Positions 25,201 through 33,881 of a stretch of DNA of 64,000 nt are shown here, in pieces. The position numbers were made by a program, and so were the translations under genes. The notes beneath the pieces were generated by a model. It saw nothing but the letters and a program-made list of their open reading frames with translations. It was not told where the DNA came from and searched no databases. This DNA is from Candidatus Peribacteria bacterium RIFOXYB1_FULL_54_35. GTDB taxonomy: Bacteria > Patescibacteriota > Gracilibacteria > Peribacterales > Peribacteraceae. Numbering within the stretch: the first letter of the stretch is position 1; the number at the start of each line of letters is the position of its first letter. The DNA is taken from positions 76,946 through 140,945 of the forward strand of contig MFYJ01000007.1 of the NCBI GenBank assembly GCA_001787755.1. The letters run 5' to 3'.

Positions 25201-28190
25201 TGGCCGTTGTTTCTGAATACCTGCATGTTCGTGCCACCGGCGCCATGTGGAGTGGCAATGGCGTCCAGATCGCCGTCGTTGTCTACGTCCACCAGTGTGG
25301 GATGGTACTGGTTTCCTCCCTCAGTACCCAGTTCCGGTCCTGCGGAGAAGTTCAGCCCCGCACCTCCAATGAAGATCGTTCCTCCGTCGTAGAGACCTCC
25401 TGCGAACACGTCCAGATCTCCGTCTCCGTTCACATCCCCCACACTCACTTCGTGGTAGAAGTGTCCGCCGCCCGTGGAGAAGGTGCGTGGTGTGCCGTTG
25501 AATTTTCCCTGTCCATTATTCGCGACGATTGCTATTTGCCGATCGAAAGAATTGATGCCGAGCACAATGTCCTTGTCTCCGTCCTTGTCAAAGTCTCCGA
25601 GCGCAACGTCCCGGTACACTCCTCCGGGAGTGTAGTCCTTGTGTGTCTCGAATGTCCCGTCCCCGTTACTGAGGAAGACGGAGATGGTGGTGCCTCCCTG
25701 CCCGGGGAGAATATTGCCGAGTGTTGCAAGATCTGTGTCACCGTCGCCGTCCAGATCGCCGCTTGCAATCCATGCGGTGTATGTGGGAGCCGGGAGCGAG
25801 GTCACTTCGCATGCCGCTGCGTGTTCATTGGTACATGTTTCGCTGCATCCGTCGCCCGGTGCCGTGCCTCCGTCATCGCACTCCTCTCTGTCTGTATCGA
25901 CTGTGCCATCCCCGCAGCGCGGTCCCGTTACCGTCACCGGCGTGCACTGGGTAGAACAGTACTCACATGTTTGCCCGTATTCCGCGGTACACACCTGTCC
26001 GTTCTGGCTCCCGTCGTCACACTGCTCGCCATTTCCTGTGTCCGTCGTACTGTCCCCGCAGCTCGGTCCCGTTACCGTCACCGACGTACACTGGGAAGAG
26101 CAGTACTGGCATGTCTGTCCGTAGTCTGCAGTACACGTCTGTCCGTTCTGGCTTCCGTTATCACACTGCTCGCCGTTCCCGGTGTCCGTCGTACTATCCC
26201 CGCAGCTCGGTCCCGTTACCGTCACCGACGTACACTGGGAAGAGCAGTACTGGCATGTCTGTCCGTACCCTGCGGTACACGCCTGTCCGTTCTGGCTCCC
26301 CTGGTCACATTCCTCCGCCCCCTCCCTCATCCCGTTACCACAAGCCTCCGCTAATTCCCTGAAGGAAATCACAGGAGATACATCTGTCAATGAACTATCT
26401 TCTGCATCTGTGATTCTAAACCGCAGAGTTTGATCGCTCTGCAGAACGGGGAGATACACTCTCGGTATGAAATCTCCGTTGCACTGCTGTGGGCCGTGGT
26501 TGCAGAACGCGACTTTGATGGTGGGAAAGGAATTATTGGTGGAACATCTGTCGTTGTTCGCAAGACACTCGGCGAAGGTTTCGAAGAATGTGTAGTGTAT
26601 TTCGTACTCCCTATCGTTATTCAGATACGCAGTCATCGAGCCAACAGTGATCTCGTTCCATGGGCCGCCGTCCATAGATACTTCAAAGTGGAATTGGTCC
26701 AGTGTATTGGAATAACGGGTATTGGGATTTTCGGGAGCGGTAAAGCGCAGCGCGTATTCCTCTGTGGAAACAATGGATATATCTGCAGATGGTTCCACAA
26801 TTTCGAGAGAGGGCTCCGAGCAGGGGGAGCCAGCCACCGTTTCTGTAGTACAGTTTGCTGAGCAGTACGTGCAGCTTCCATCGCATTGTGCGGTACACGC
26901 CTGCCCATTTATTTCTCCGTCATCACATTGTTCCCCATTCCCTGCATCGGTTGTTCCATCTCCGCAGCGCGGTCCTGTCACCCTTACCGCTGTGCACTGG
27001 GAAGAGCAGTATTCGCACGTTTGTCCGTATCCCGCTGTACACGCCTGCCCGTTCTGGCTTCCGTTATCACACTGTTCGCCGTTCCCTGTGTCCGTCGTAC
27101 TGTCTCCGCAGCGCGGTCCTGTCACGGTGACAGCAGTGCAACTGGAAGAGCAGTACTGGCATGACTGCCCGTATCCTGCGGTGCATGCCTGCCCGTTCTG
27201 GCTGCCCTGATCGCACTCTTCGCCGTCTGTTCTGTCCGTTGCACCGTCCCCGCAATTTGATCCCGTTACGGTCACCGACTCACACTCGCTGGAGCAGAAT
27301 TCACATGTCTGTCCGTACCCCGTGGTACATTCCTTTCCGTTCTGATCTCCCTCATCGCACTCTTCTTCTCCCTCTTCACTGCCGTTCCCGCAGACTGCAC
27401 ATACAGGGCCTTCCACTGTTTCGACAGTGCAGGTTTCCGAGCAGTAGGTGCAGCTCTCTCCGCACTCTGGCGTGCATGCTTGCCCGTTGCTGGCTCCTTC
27501 GTCGCAGCTCTCTGTTCCTTCCTCCTTTCCATCTCCACATTCCGGTGTGCAGTCTGCTGCGCAGCTCACGTCATCCTCATCTTCCTCACAGACGTCGTTT
27601 CCACAGACAGCCTCGATGCCTGTTCCGCTGGGGACAATCCAGGCGGCATCCTCTATGAGAACACTCCCGTCCCATACACGAACGGCGATACTCCCTTTAC
27701 TCTCAAGGGATACTGATCCTATCTTTGTCCAGACCCGCTCTCTCACCTTCGCATCTTCCCGTGGGTTTTTGAGATCCACCCTCTCCTCACTCACGTATTC
27801 CCACCCACTATTTCCTATTTTCTTGTAGAGTTGCTCATCCATCTGAAGTGTTCCCCGGAGATGATTGACAGCTTCTTTTGGCCACGTGACATACACGTCG
27901 TAGCTGCCCGCCGGCACATTGGGAAATTCCAGGTACGCCCAGTGGTACTCTTCCGGGTTCTCATTGATCATGTAGCCTCCCCGTTGACCATGGCCGAATT
28001 TACGTTCCCACTCTCCAACGGATGTGCGGAATGTGCTTCCGGAGTCATCGCGGCTCACGTTTCTTGAGGGTCCTTGCCTGCTGATGATCATTTGTCCGAG
28101 GAAGTGGCCTGTATCGGAGGTTTGGAACAGAACTGCACTGCAGAGCACGAAGACAACTGCAAGGGCAGCGGTGCGTCGGGAGGAGCGCAT
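22278..28190 (-). CDS. giant (1970 aa) secreted protein: Cys-rich CGDG/CGNG..ECD repeats, FG-GAP/VCBS propeller repeats, two copies of a 'YxVYxTWP' beta-domain, dockerin-like C-terminus
   Basis: Signal peptide MRSSRRTAALAVVFVLCSAV. About 20 units of CG(D/N)G..(E/Q)CD.GS.NGQ.CT..YGQ.C.YCS..C. Seven (G/A/V)D(L/F/V)(D/N/T).D(G/S)..D(L/I/V/F/A) FG-GAP units at aa ~810-1130. The C-terminal DITEDGKTNQND / DSNRDYQISTEE pair resembles a dockerin. Confidence 0.85.
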   Translation of the reverse strand: MRSSRRTAALAVVFVLCSAVLFQTSDTGHFLGQMIISRQGPSRNVSRDDSGSTFRTSVGEWERKFGHGQRGGYMINENPEEYHWAYLEFPNVPAGSYDVYVTWPKEAVNHLRGTLQMDEQLYKKIGNSGWEYVSEERVDLKNPREDAKVRERVWTKIGSVSLESKGSIAVRVWDGSVLIEDAAWIVPSGTGIEAVCGNDVCEEDEDDVSCAADCTPECGDGKEEGTESCDEGASNGQACTPECGESCTYCSETCTVETVEGPVCAVCGNGSEEGEEECDEGDQNGKECTTGYGQTCEFCSSECESVTVTGSNCGDGATDRTDGEECDQGSQNGQACTAGYGQSCQYCSSSCTAVTVTGPRCGDSTTDTGNGEQCDNGSQNGQACTAGYGQTCEYCSSQCTAVRVTGPRCGDGTTDAGNGEQCDDGEINGQACTAQCDGSCTYCSANCTTETVAGSPCSEPSLEIVEPSADISIVSTEEYALRFTAPENPNTRYSNTLDQFHFEVSMDGGPWNEITVGSMTAYLNNDREYEIHYTFFETFAECLANNDRCSTNNSFPTIKVAFCNHGPQQCNGDFIPRVYLPVLQSDQTLRFRITDAEDSSLTDVSPVISFRELAEACGNGMREGAEECDQGSQNGQACTAGYGQTCQYCSSQCTSVTVTGPSCGDSTTDTGNGEQCDNGSQNGQTCTADYGQTCQYCSSQCTSVTVTGPSCGDSTTDTGNGEQCDDGSQNGQVCTAEYGQTCEYCSTQCTPVTVTGPRCGDGTVDTDREECDDGGTAPGDGCSETCTNEHAAACEVTSLPAPTYTAWIASGDLDGDGDTDLATLGNILPGQGGTTISVFLSNGDGTFETHKDYTPGGVYRDVALGDFDKDGDKDIVLGINSFDRQIAIVANNGQGKFNGTPRTFSTGGGHFYHEVSVGDVNGDGDLDVFAGGLYDGGTIFIGGAGLNFSAGPELGTEGGNQYHPTLVDVDNDGDLDAIATPHGAGGTNMQVFRNNGQGVFGAPTSYSHTPMNPYTNDLLTGDVNGDSFVDFVQLPNGGGFYVWMNDTHGAFTKTVHSENLGRDGALADFTGDGVRDLIGCVYVSANYNFRRGNGNGTFADTVTLPMQTTGRSMVTADFDGDGRIDLAQAMAESEDAVRIILNVGQCVGGGGTGGPVCGNGGREGTEECDNGSQNGQVCIALYGQSCQYCASDCTTVTVTGPRCGDSTTDTGNGEQCDNGSQNGQACTAGYGQTCEYCSSQCSTVTVTGPHCGDGTVDTGNGETCDDGGTASGDGCSAQCTTESSSMTLNFTFVDRSLNAAPVPGVHDYRNNQLNSDANGRLSLEGNPDGDAWILEKGCYGYYGTQVQQGYAGKSKALVLRPFDAPEQTFEIAGMSNVDVTTLAGPQGMYPFAQFRLQSDQPVTFSLKYNHKNTAGGGSITQSTPKTSYQFHPGIPRGYEAYDVQVQGTGGRNIECPPYTPVMQHETGTCGQAILTVRNGSCFWNECGNGICEEGEADFFDPGGCGPSAPPECLGPPAQLIRGTCTSDCQSPQDLCGNGRADQGEQCDNGSQNGQACTAACGQTCSYCSSQCTTQTVQGSACRTGGGGEGRPDTGDLIVVDDGDSTFQSTINNWQTKTGKGFNGDYISLPDLRSGNATYTFNNLMEGTYKVYATWPARHRAIANFFLHQSNQGGGELYSKNSRTNMDLSRNPNGSYTTGNLAWEELFTTTCDWPCNIVLYVAGKGPLDFDAIGVLPGSGGGANHLSAPACGNGVINAGEQCDSGTANGRECTPAYGQECRYCGGNCMWLIKEGPRCGDGNTNRDHMEECDDRNRTNGDGCSAECRNEVQTTGSCDFQCQEQNVLDYFSYDGVMTVRSVVINAHYVFADIRNKTTHPFTDITEDGKTNQNDIAAITQAMLKLSKPGSNGIDIWKTYLSLDSNRDYQISTEEINAADLAYQAWLRGERQSRPSQEMLDIYEEMLYLVRYLSQH
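25953..26240. repeat. near-identical tandem ~141-bp repeats inside the giant gene
   Basis: Two consecutive units encode SQCTSVTVTGPSCGDSTTDTGNGEQCD(N/D)GSQNGQ(T/V)CTA(D/E)YGQTC(Q/E)YCS. Long identical DNA runs are visible, for example tcccgttaccgtcaccgacgtacactgggaagagcagtactggcatgtctgtccgta occurs twice. Confidence 0.85.
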
Positions 28191-28220
28191 TGTGTGTGTG
28201 GGTATTGTGTATGTATTTTA

Positions 28221-28769
28221 TCACGAATTGGTTGTTCGTGCAATTATACGGCAGAGCCGGAAAACATGGTATCCCGAGAAGAGAGCGAAGAAGACATTGA
28301 GCCAGAAGAAGATCCAGTCTCCTGCGATGTAACTGAAGAGCGCGATGAGGGCGCTCCCCGCGGTCAGTGCGGCGTTTCTCTTGAACGTTCCCATATCCAT
28401 GGCGTATCCAAGACCGATCCCCGTGAGCCCGATGATGAAGAAGACGGTATTTGTTCCCTCAAAGAGGGAGAGGGACCAGAGGACCATCGCAAGCCCCACC
28501 ACTGTGATGAACAGGGTGTCGAACTTGTCGCTCGTGCCGAGCATCATGAGGATGCTCGTTGCATTGATGAATAGCTGGAGGATCACGAAGAAGATGGTGC
28601 CGCCTCCGAGGTAGTTGAGAATGGCGTAGGCGAGCATGCAGAGTCCTCCGATGGCGAAGAGCCAGTTCTTGGCGGATTTCGCAGGATGCGATGCCGTCCG
28701 CTCCGGATATGCGGCGCCTGCGACGAGGACGATGGCGCCGGTGAGGCCGATGACAGAAGCGAGCTCCAC
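28221..28769 (-). CDS. integral membrane protein (about 6 TM), unknown function
   Basis: 182 aa, almost entirely hydrophobic helices. It ends 30 nt upstream of the giant gene on the same strand, so an operon is likely. Confidence 0.5.
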   Translation of the reverse strand: MELASVIGLTGAIVLVAGAAYPERTASHPAKSAKNWLFAIGGLCMLAYAILNYLGGGTIFFVILQLFINATSILMMLGTSDKFDTLFITVVGLAMVLWSLSLFEGTNTVFFIIGLTGIGLGYAMDMGTFKRNAALTAGSALIALFSYIAGDWIFFWLNVFFALFSGYHVFRLCRIIARTTNS

Positions 28770-28848
28770 GGTTGCAGGGAGGGTATACCCCCGGTCGGAG
28801 GAAGCACATTGCAGGAGACTTCCTGTGTGTTACGATGAAGTTGTGCCA

Positions 28849-30183
28849 ATGTCCGCCGTTCGACTCCTGCCAGTTGTGTTCTGCCTGCTCGTTTCCTGCG
28901 TTCCTTCGCAGGAGATCGATCAGAGGGGGCAGAGTGCGGAATCTCCGTCCGTCGGTCGTGCGCTCCCTCCCTCACGCGTTCTGAAGACGCTCGTCTCCGG
29001 CAGCGCGGGCACGGAGTATCCGCTGCATGCGCGTGCGGGCGTTCTGGCCTCCGGCGGCATCGTGTTCGCGGTGAACCGGGCGCATTCTGCGAGTGTCGCA
29101 TCCCGGGAATTCATGGTGGTGGGGGATGAGTTTGGGGAAGAGTATACGAAGGTGTCTCCTCCGGTGGTGAATGCCGCCGGAACGCTGCTTTCGTACGCGA
29201 AGCAGGATCCTCAGAACGGGAAGTTCGGCGTCGTGCTGATGCGTGGCGATGGCACGGGTGGAAGTTCTTCGCAGGAACAGAGTCGGGCATTTGATTGGGT
29301 GAGTGCACCCTTCTTCGCGCCGGACGATCAGGCTGTGGTCTCTGTGGGGGCCGTGGGTTCCCTCCGCAATGGTGCGCAGTACGCGGTCACCGTTGGGAGG
29401 GAGGAATGGGGGAATTTCGATGGCGTAGGGGTGCCGGTGCTGAGCGATGACGGGAACACGGTGGCTTACGTTCAGAGGGCGGGGAACGGCGCCGTCGCCG
29501 TGCGGGAGACGCGGGGAGGGGAGAGAGTCGCAAGCAGAACCTACGGCGATGTGCTCTCGGTGGCTCTGGATCCTTCCGGCAGGCGCATCGCGTTCGTCGC
29601 CGCGGAGGGCGGGAGGCAGTTCGTCGTTGTGGATGGTGTGGAAGGCAGTCGTTATGAGCGCGTCTCCGTTCCGTACCGCGGTGCCCTCTGGGATCCCCCT
29701 CTTCTGCGCTTCAGCGATGACGGCGGGACGGTGTCGTACATCGCAAGCGAGGGAAACCGCTCCTTCGTCGTGGTGGGAGGAGAGGAGGGGGTGGCCTATC
29801 GTGCGGTGTATCCTCCTGTGTTCCTGCCGGGTTCTCAGGAGGTGGCATATCTCGCCCTCGATGACGAGCAGCAGCTCCACGTGGTGGTGGGCGGCCGCGC
29901 CTTCATGGCGGGCAGGGTCGGGAACATCCAATGTCCCTCGTACCGTGAATACCCTCCCGTCCTCTCTGCGGATGTGTCGCGCATCGCGTTCGTAATGGAT
30001 AACTGCCAGGGTTCGGTGTTTCCTACGAAGCGTTGGATCGCCGTCATGGACCGCGCAGGAAAGGTCTTCCGCACGGAGAAGTACCACTGGGTGTCCTTGC
30101 CCGTGTTCAGCGGAGATGCCTCGCGCATGGGGTACGCTGCGGAGGACGACCGGAAAGTGGTTTGGAATGTGGAGAAGATGTAG
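28849..30183 (+). CDS. lipoprotein with about 8 TolB/PD40-like beta-propeller repeats
   Basis: MSAVRLLPVVFCLLVSC lipobox at ATG 28849; the ORF opens earlier, at 28636. A motif of the type 'V..P.(L/F)S.DG..(V/I)AY(V/I)A' recurs about 8 times. Confidence 0.55.
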   Translation: MSAVRLLPVVFCLLVSCVPSQEIDQRGQSAESPSVGRALPPSRVLKTLVSGSAGTEYPLHARAGVLASGGIVFAVNRAHSASVASREFMVVGDEFGEEYTKVSPPVVNAAGTLLSYAKQDPQNGKFGVVLMRGDGTGGSSSQEQSRAFDWVSAPFFAPDDQAVVSVGAVGSLRNGAQYAVTVGREEWGNFDGVGVPVLSDDGNTVAYVQRAGNGAVAVRETRGGERVASRTYGDVLSVALDPSGRRIAFVAAEGGRQFVVVDGVEGSRYERVSVPYRGALWDPPLLRFSDDGGTVSYIASEGNRSFVVVGGEEGVAYRAVYPPVFLPGSQEVAYLALDDEQQLHVVVGGRAFMAGRVGNIQCPSYREYPPVLSADVSRIAFVMDNCQGSVFPTKRWIAVMDRAGKVFRTEKYHWVSLPVFSGDASRMGYAAEDDRKVVWNVEKM

Positions 30184-30358
30184 GAGAGAAGGCAGCTTGC
30201 TCAATGCTATTCATCGTGACTAAATACTACTGTATCAAAATTCCCTCAAGTTCCTGCAGGAGATTTTTCGTGCGGGGGGCAAACTGTGACATTTCCCTTT
30301 TGATGGTTGTGCCAATCGGAAGCATGCAAAGCAGGGAGAAACTGGGTACAATGCTCTT

Positions 30359-31642
30359 ATGACAAAGAAGCGAAAGCGCTCCATTCTCCTCAGTACCGGT
30401 TTTCTGTGTGTCATGGTTGTCGTTGCGGGAATCCTGCGGTACTTGTGGATTTTCCCTGCGCATCCCTGGGAGACGTTCCAGCAGTACCTTGATTTCTACG
30501 TGTACAGCGACATGCTGGCACACTGGGTCACCGCGCAGAAGTACTGGATACCGGGTGTGCAGTGGAGTTATGCGGATCTCATGTACCCGCCGGGGACGGG
30601 AGCGTTCATTGCTCTCCTGTTCGGTCCGCGCATGGAGCGCCTGTGGCTCTTCCTGTTTGCCCAGTGGCTGCAAACGATGTGGATTTTCTTCGGGACGGGC
30701 TATCTTACTTTCCTGATCTACGGCAGGCGTGCAGGGATGATTGCGCTTTTCATTGCCGCATTCTCGTTCCCGCTCTTCGACTACGCTGTTTACATGCTCT
30801 CTGAGACTCCATTCACCAGCTTGCTCCTCGTTGCTGCCATTTTCATGGCGCTTGCCGTGCGGCAGAAACGGCATCCGTACTTCCTGCTCGCCGGCATCTT
30901 CTTCGGGCTCAGCGCCACCATGAAAGCCATTGGTCTGGTTGCGGGTGCACTCCTCCTGCCTGTGTTCTTCCTGCCGTACTGCTGGAGGGAACAGCTCCGT
31001 ATTCGCACGCTGTTTGCGTCATTCTTCTGTGCAGGTCTTCTCCTGGTGATTGTTCCTGTGTCTCTGCTTATGACAGTCCGCAATCACGGGGAATTCATGC
31101 TGCTTGCGCATGATGTGAACCGCATGGCGCTTGTGAACCATGGTGACCTGCGCGACGTTGTCCTCGCACTTCCGGACGGGGGGTACTATATGAACGGGGC
31201 TCCTACGAGTTACCAGAAAGGATTTTCTGAGAAGCGTGACATTGACCTGCAGAAGGACAACGTCATCATGCAGAACATCCGCTGGGTGCTCGACCACCCC
31301 TTCCACGCGTTCTCCAGTTACCTCGAGCGCACAGCGGATTACGTCTATGGCACACTGCCGCTTCCAACCTGCTGCGGCCGTTTTCGTCCTCTCTCCTACT
31401 TCTCGGGCCTGATGCTGTTCCTCTTTATTTTTGTGCCGGCTGTCGCATGGGCAATGCGAGGACGTGAGCGCTTCTCGCGCAAGGAATGCCTGCTCTCACT
31501 CACCATTCTCCTGCCTCTTGCAAGTCTGCCGCTCGTTGCCATCATTTCCGTCACGGAACCGCGCTACCTGCATCCGTTCGTGCCGCTGCTCATTGTCTTC
31601 GCCAGTGCCTGGTATGAGCGGAAGTTTGCCAGGGCGAAGTGA
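30359..31642 (+). CDS. multi-pass membrane glycosyltransferase (GT-C, ArnT/PMT-like)
   Basis: 427 aa with about 10 hydrophobic helices. N-terminal loop with YPPGTGAFIALLF and the overall ArnT/PMT_2-like layout. Recognised by pattern only. Confidence 0.5.
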   Translation: MTKKRKRSILLSTGFLCVMVVVAGILRYLWIFPAHPWETFQQYLDFYVYSDMLAHWVTAQKYWIPGVQWSYADLMYPPGTGAFIALLFGPRMERLWLFLFAQWLQTMWIFFGTGYLTFLIYGRRAGMIALFIAAFSFPLFDYAVYMLSETPFTSLLLVAAIFMALAVRQKRHPYFLLAGIFFGLSATMKAIGLVAGALLLPVFFLPYCWREQLRIRTLFASFFCAGLLLVIVPVSLLMTVRNHGEFMLLAHDVNRMALVNHGDLRDVVLALPDGGYYMNGAPTSYQKGFSEKRDIDLQKDNVIMQNIRWVLDHPFHAFSSYLERTADYVYGTLPLPTCCGRFRPLSYFSGLMLFLFIFVPAVAWAMRGRERFSRKECLLSLTILLPLASLPLVAIISVTEPRYLHPFVPLLIVFASAWYERKFARAK

Positions 31643-31702
31643 TCTCTCATTCTGCCGCATACCCTGTTACTGTCATAGTGGAGTGCTTTACACTACAGTC
31701 CC

Positions 31703-33097
31703 ATGCATATTCTCGTCGTCGGGGGCGGCCCTTCGGGGTTGGCAGCGTCCTACAATCTCACTCAGAAGGGGAGGAACGTCGATGTTCTCCTGCTCGAGAA
31801 GCAGCCGCGGTTCGGAGGATTGGCGAAGTCCTTCGTCTACGAGGGGGCGTATGTTTTCGACATTGGTCCGAAGCGTTTCCATACAGAAGATCAGGAAGTG
31901 CTCGCATTCATCCGTGAGATCAGTGCGCTGTGTCCGCTCACCACCATCGACCGTTCATCCAGGGTGCACTTCCTCAACAAGATTTTTGACTGGCCTCTGA
32001 AGGGAAGGGAACTCCTCAAGCTTCCTCTGTCTCTGTCTCTGCGGTCTGCAATGGATTTGCTCAAGCCGAAGCATTTCTCCGACGAGGAGCTCCTTCGTTT
32101 CGACAAGTACATCATCCAGAAGTACGGAGAGACGCTTTTTCAGCTTTTCTTCAAACCCTACACCGAAAAGTTTCTGCAGCGGCCGATTGAGGAAATCCAC
32201 AGCGACTGGGCCACGACGGGTATCAACCGTTCCATCATCAACAAGGAACACAAAGGAAATTCACTCAGAGAACTCGTGCAGCGCGTGCTGCTCCCTACGT
32301 CGGTGGATGCGAATTTCCTCTACCCGGAGAGAGGAGGATTCGGTGCGTTCTGGGATGCGTGTGCCGCAGAGGTTCACAAGAGCGGCAGGGTGCGCATGAT
32401 GTCTTCCATGACGGTGCAGAAGCTGCAGGCACATGGTGCAGGTATGACTGCGACTCTCTCCGATGGTTCCCAGGTGGAGTGCTCGCATGTGCTCTGGAGC
32501 GGCAGACTGCCTGATCTCCTCCAGGCGGTGGGCATGCGGGAGGCTGACCGTCCCGATCTGCACTTCCTCGATACGCTGTTCCTCGATCTCGTCTTTGACG
32601 AAGGAGACATCCTCTCCAAACAGGCGGTGTGCCAGTGGCTCTACATTTCTTCAGGTGAGTTTTCCCTCTCACGCATTTCGTTCCCGAAGTGCATGCTCCC
32701 GTCCAACATCCCGGAGGGGAAGCAGGGACTGTGTGTAGAAGTGACACTCAGGGAAGACAGAGAGTCAGTGGACGAATCCCGCATTCTTGACCGTGTACTC
32801 CGGGAGCTCAAGGATCTGCGCATTCTGGAGGAACATGCTTCTCCGCAGATTGCGGAGATCCGGCGGGAGCGCTCCACGTACCCCGTCTACCATCGGCGGT
32901 ACAGGGAGGCGGTGGGGGAAGCGATGCGCATGGTGGAGCAGTTCTCGGACCGTGTGATCCCCATGGGTCGGTGCGGGTGCTACTGGTACAACAATACGGA
33001 TCACTCCATCAAGCAGGCGCTCAAGATTACGAATGACATTGTGGCCGGTTCGAAGCCTTCTTTTGACTGTTACGGATGGTTCGGGGGAGGGAAATGA
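31703..33097 (+). CDS. FAD/NAD(P)-binding oxidoreductase (amine-oxidase / UDP-galactopyranose-mutase-like)
   Basis: MHILVVGGGPSGLAAS..LLLEK..FGG dinucleotide fold. The C-terminal GRCGCYWYNNTDHSIKQAL resembles the Glf-type GR...Y.Y.NMD motif. Confidence 0.55.
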   Translation: MHILVVGGGPSGLAASYNLTQKGRNVDVLLLEKQPRFGGLAKSFVYEGAYVFDIGPKRFHTEDQEVLAFIREISALCPLTTIDRSSRVHFLNKIFDWPLKGRELLKLPLSLSLRSAMDLLKPKHFSDEELLRFDKYIIQKYGETLFQLFFKPYTEKFLQRPIEEIHSDWATTGINRSIINKEHKGNSLRELVQRVLLPTSVDANFLYPERGGFGAFWDACAAEVHKSGRVRMMSSMTVQKLQAHGAGMTATLSDGSQVECSHVLWSGRLPDLLQAVGMREADRPDLHFLDTLFLDLVFDEGDILSKQAVCQWLYISSGEFSLSRISFPKCMLPSNIPEGKQGLCVEVTLREDRESVDESRILDRVLRELKDLRILEEHASPQIAEIRRERSTYPVYHRRYREAVGEAMRMVEQFSDRVIPMGRCGCYWYNNTDHSIKQALKITNDIVAGSKPSFDCYGWFGGGK

Positions 33098-33182
33098 TGG
33101 CCGCAGCAATACAATCTCTCGGAGGTCATTGCGTTCCGGCGTCCACAGGCAGTACCCTTACTGTCCACTACCGCTTTTCGCT

Positions 33183-33881
33183 GTGATTCTTCATGGCAGC
33201 AAGGGCATCAATGATCCGGGAGTGACACTCGTCCTCACGAATTGGAAGCGGCCGGAGAATGTCCGCCTCATCATTGATCAGCTCCTTGGGCAGACTCTTA
33301 AGCCCACACTCTTTCTCTGGAATAACCTTCCCCCCTTTCTGCACCCCGGTGTCGACTGGCAGGTGGACTCATCTGTGAACAAGATGTGCCTGCCGCGGTG
33401 GTACATGGCTTCTTTCGCACAGACAGAGTTTGTCGGCGTGATGGATGACGATGTGATCTTTACCGATACGAAGGTTCTCGAGGATGCCGCCATCTTTCTC
33501 CTCTCGATGCCTGAAGAGACTGCGATTGGTTTCACAGGAATGCATTTCGATCCGCGGAAGGACTACCGGGAGGGTTTGCACATCGTGGCGAGCAAGGATG
33601 CAGACCAGCCTGCGGATGTGATCAAAGGGCGGTTCATGCTGCTGCGTACTGCACAGCTTGCGCGGTTCCATCTTCACCCTTCCCCGCAGAGGGAACATCT
33701 GATCGGGGAGGACATCCTCATGAGCGGCATGCTGTCTCAGGGGAAGACCGGCGTGCATCGTGTTCCGGCTCTTTTCGCCGGCCGCTGGCAGGAGCTCCCT
33801 GCGCCCCACGGTCTCTTCCATCTCTCTGACCACTGGTTCCACCGCGAGTCGGCGAGGCGGGCTGTCTTCCTGCGTGAGTAA
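33183..33881 (+). CDS. putative GT-A-type glycosyltransferase
   Basis: VTLVLTNWKRPENVRLIIDQLLGQT and a DxD-like VMDDDVIF. The start is uncertain: the ORF opens at 33033 inside the previous gene, and GTG 33183 is the first plausible in-frame start past it. Confidence 0.35.
   Translation: MILHGSKGINDPGVTLVLTNWKRPENVRLIIDQLLGQTLKPTLFLWNNLPPFLHPGVDWQVDSSVNKMCLPRWYMASFAQTEFVGVMDDDVIFTDTKVLEDAAIFLLSMPEETAIGFTGMHFDPRKDYREGLHIVASKDADQPADVIKGRFMLLRTAQLARFHLHPSPQREHLIGEDILMSGMLSQGKTGVHRVPALFAGRWQELPAPHGLFHLSDHWFHRESARRAVFLRE

Noticed and set aside
23190-26354. Plus-strand ORFs of 371 and 443 aa (23190..24305 and 25023..26354) and several shorter ones
   Set aside because: They are antisense to the giant repeat protein. 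The repeats keep the opposite frames open, and their sequences are Cys/Arg/Val-rich noise.
22278-28190. Diversity-generating retroelement targeting the giant repeat protein
   Set aside because: There is no reverse transcriptase, template repeat or adenine-specific mismatch pattern between repeat copies anywhere in the window.
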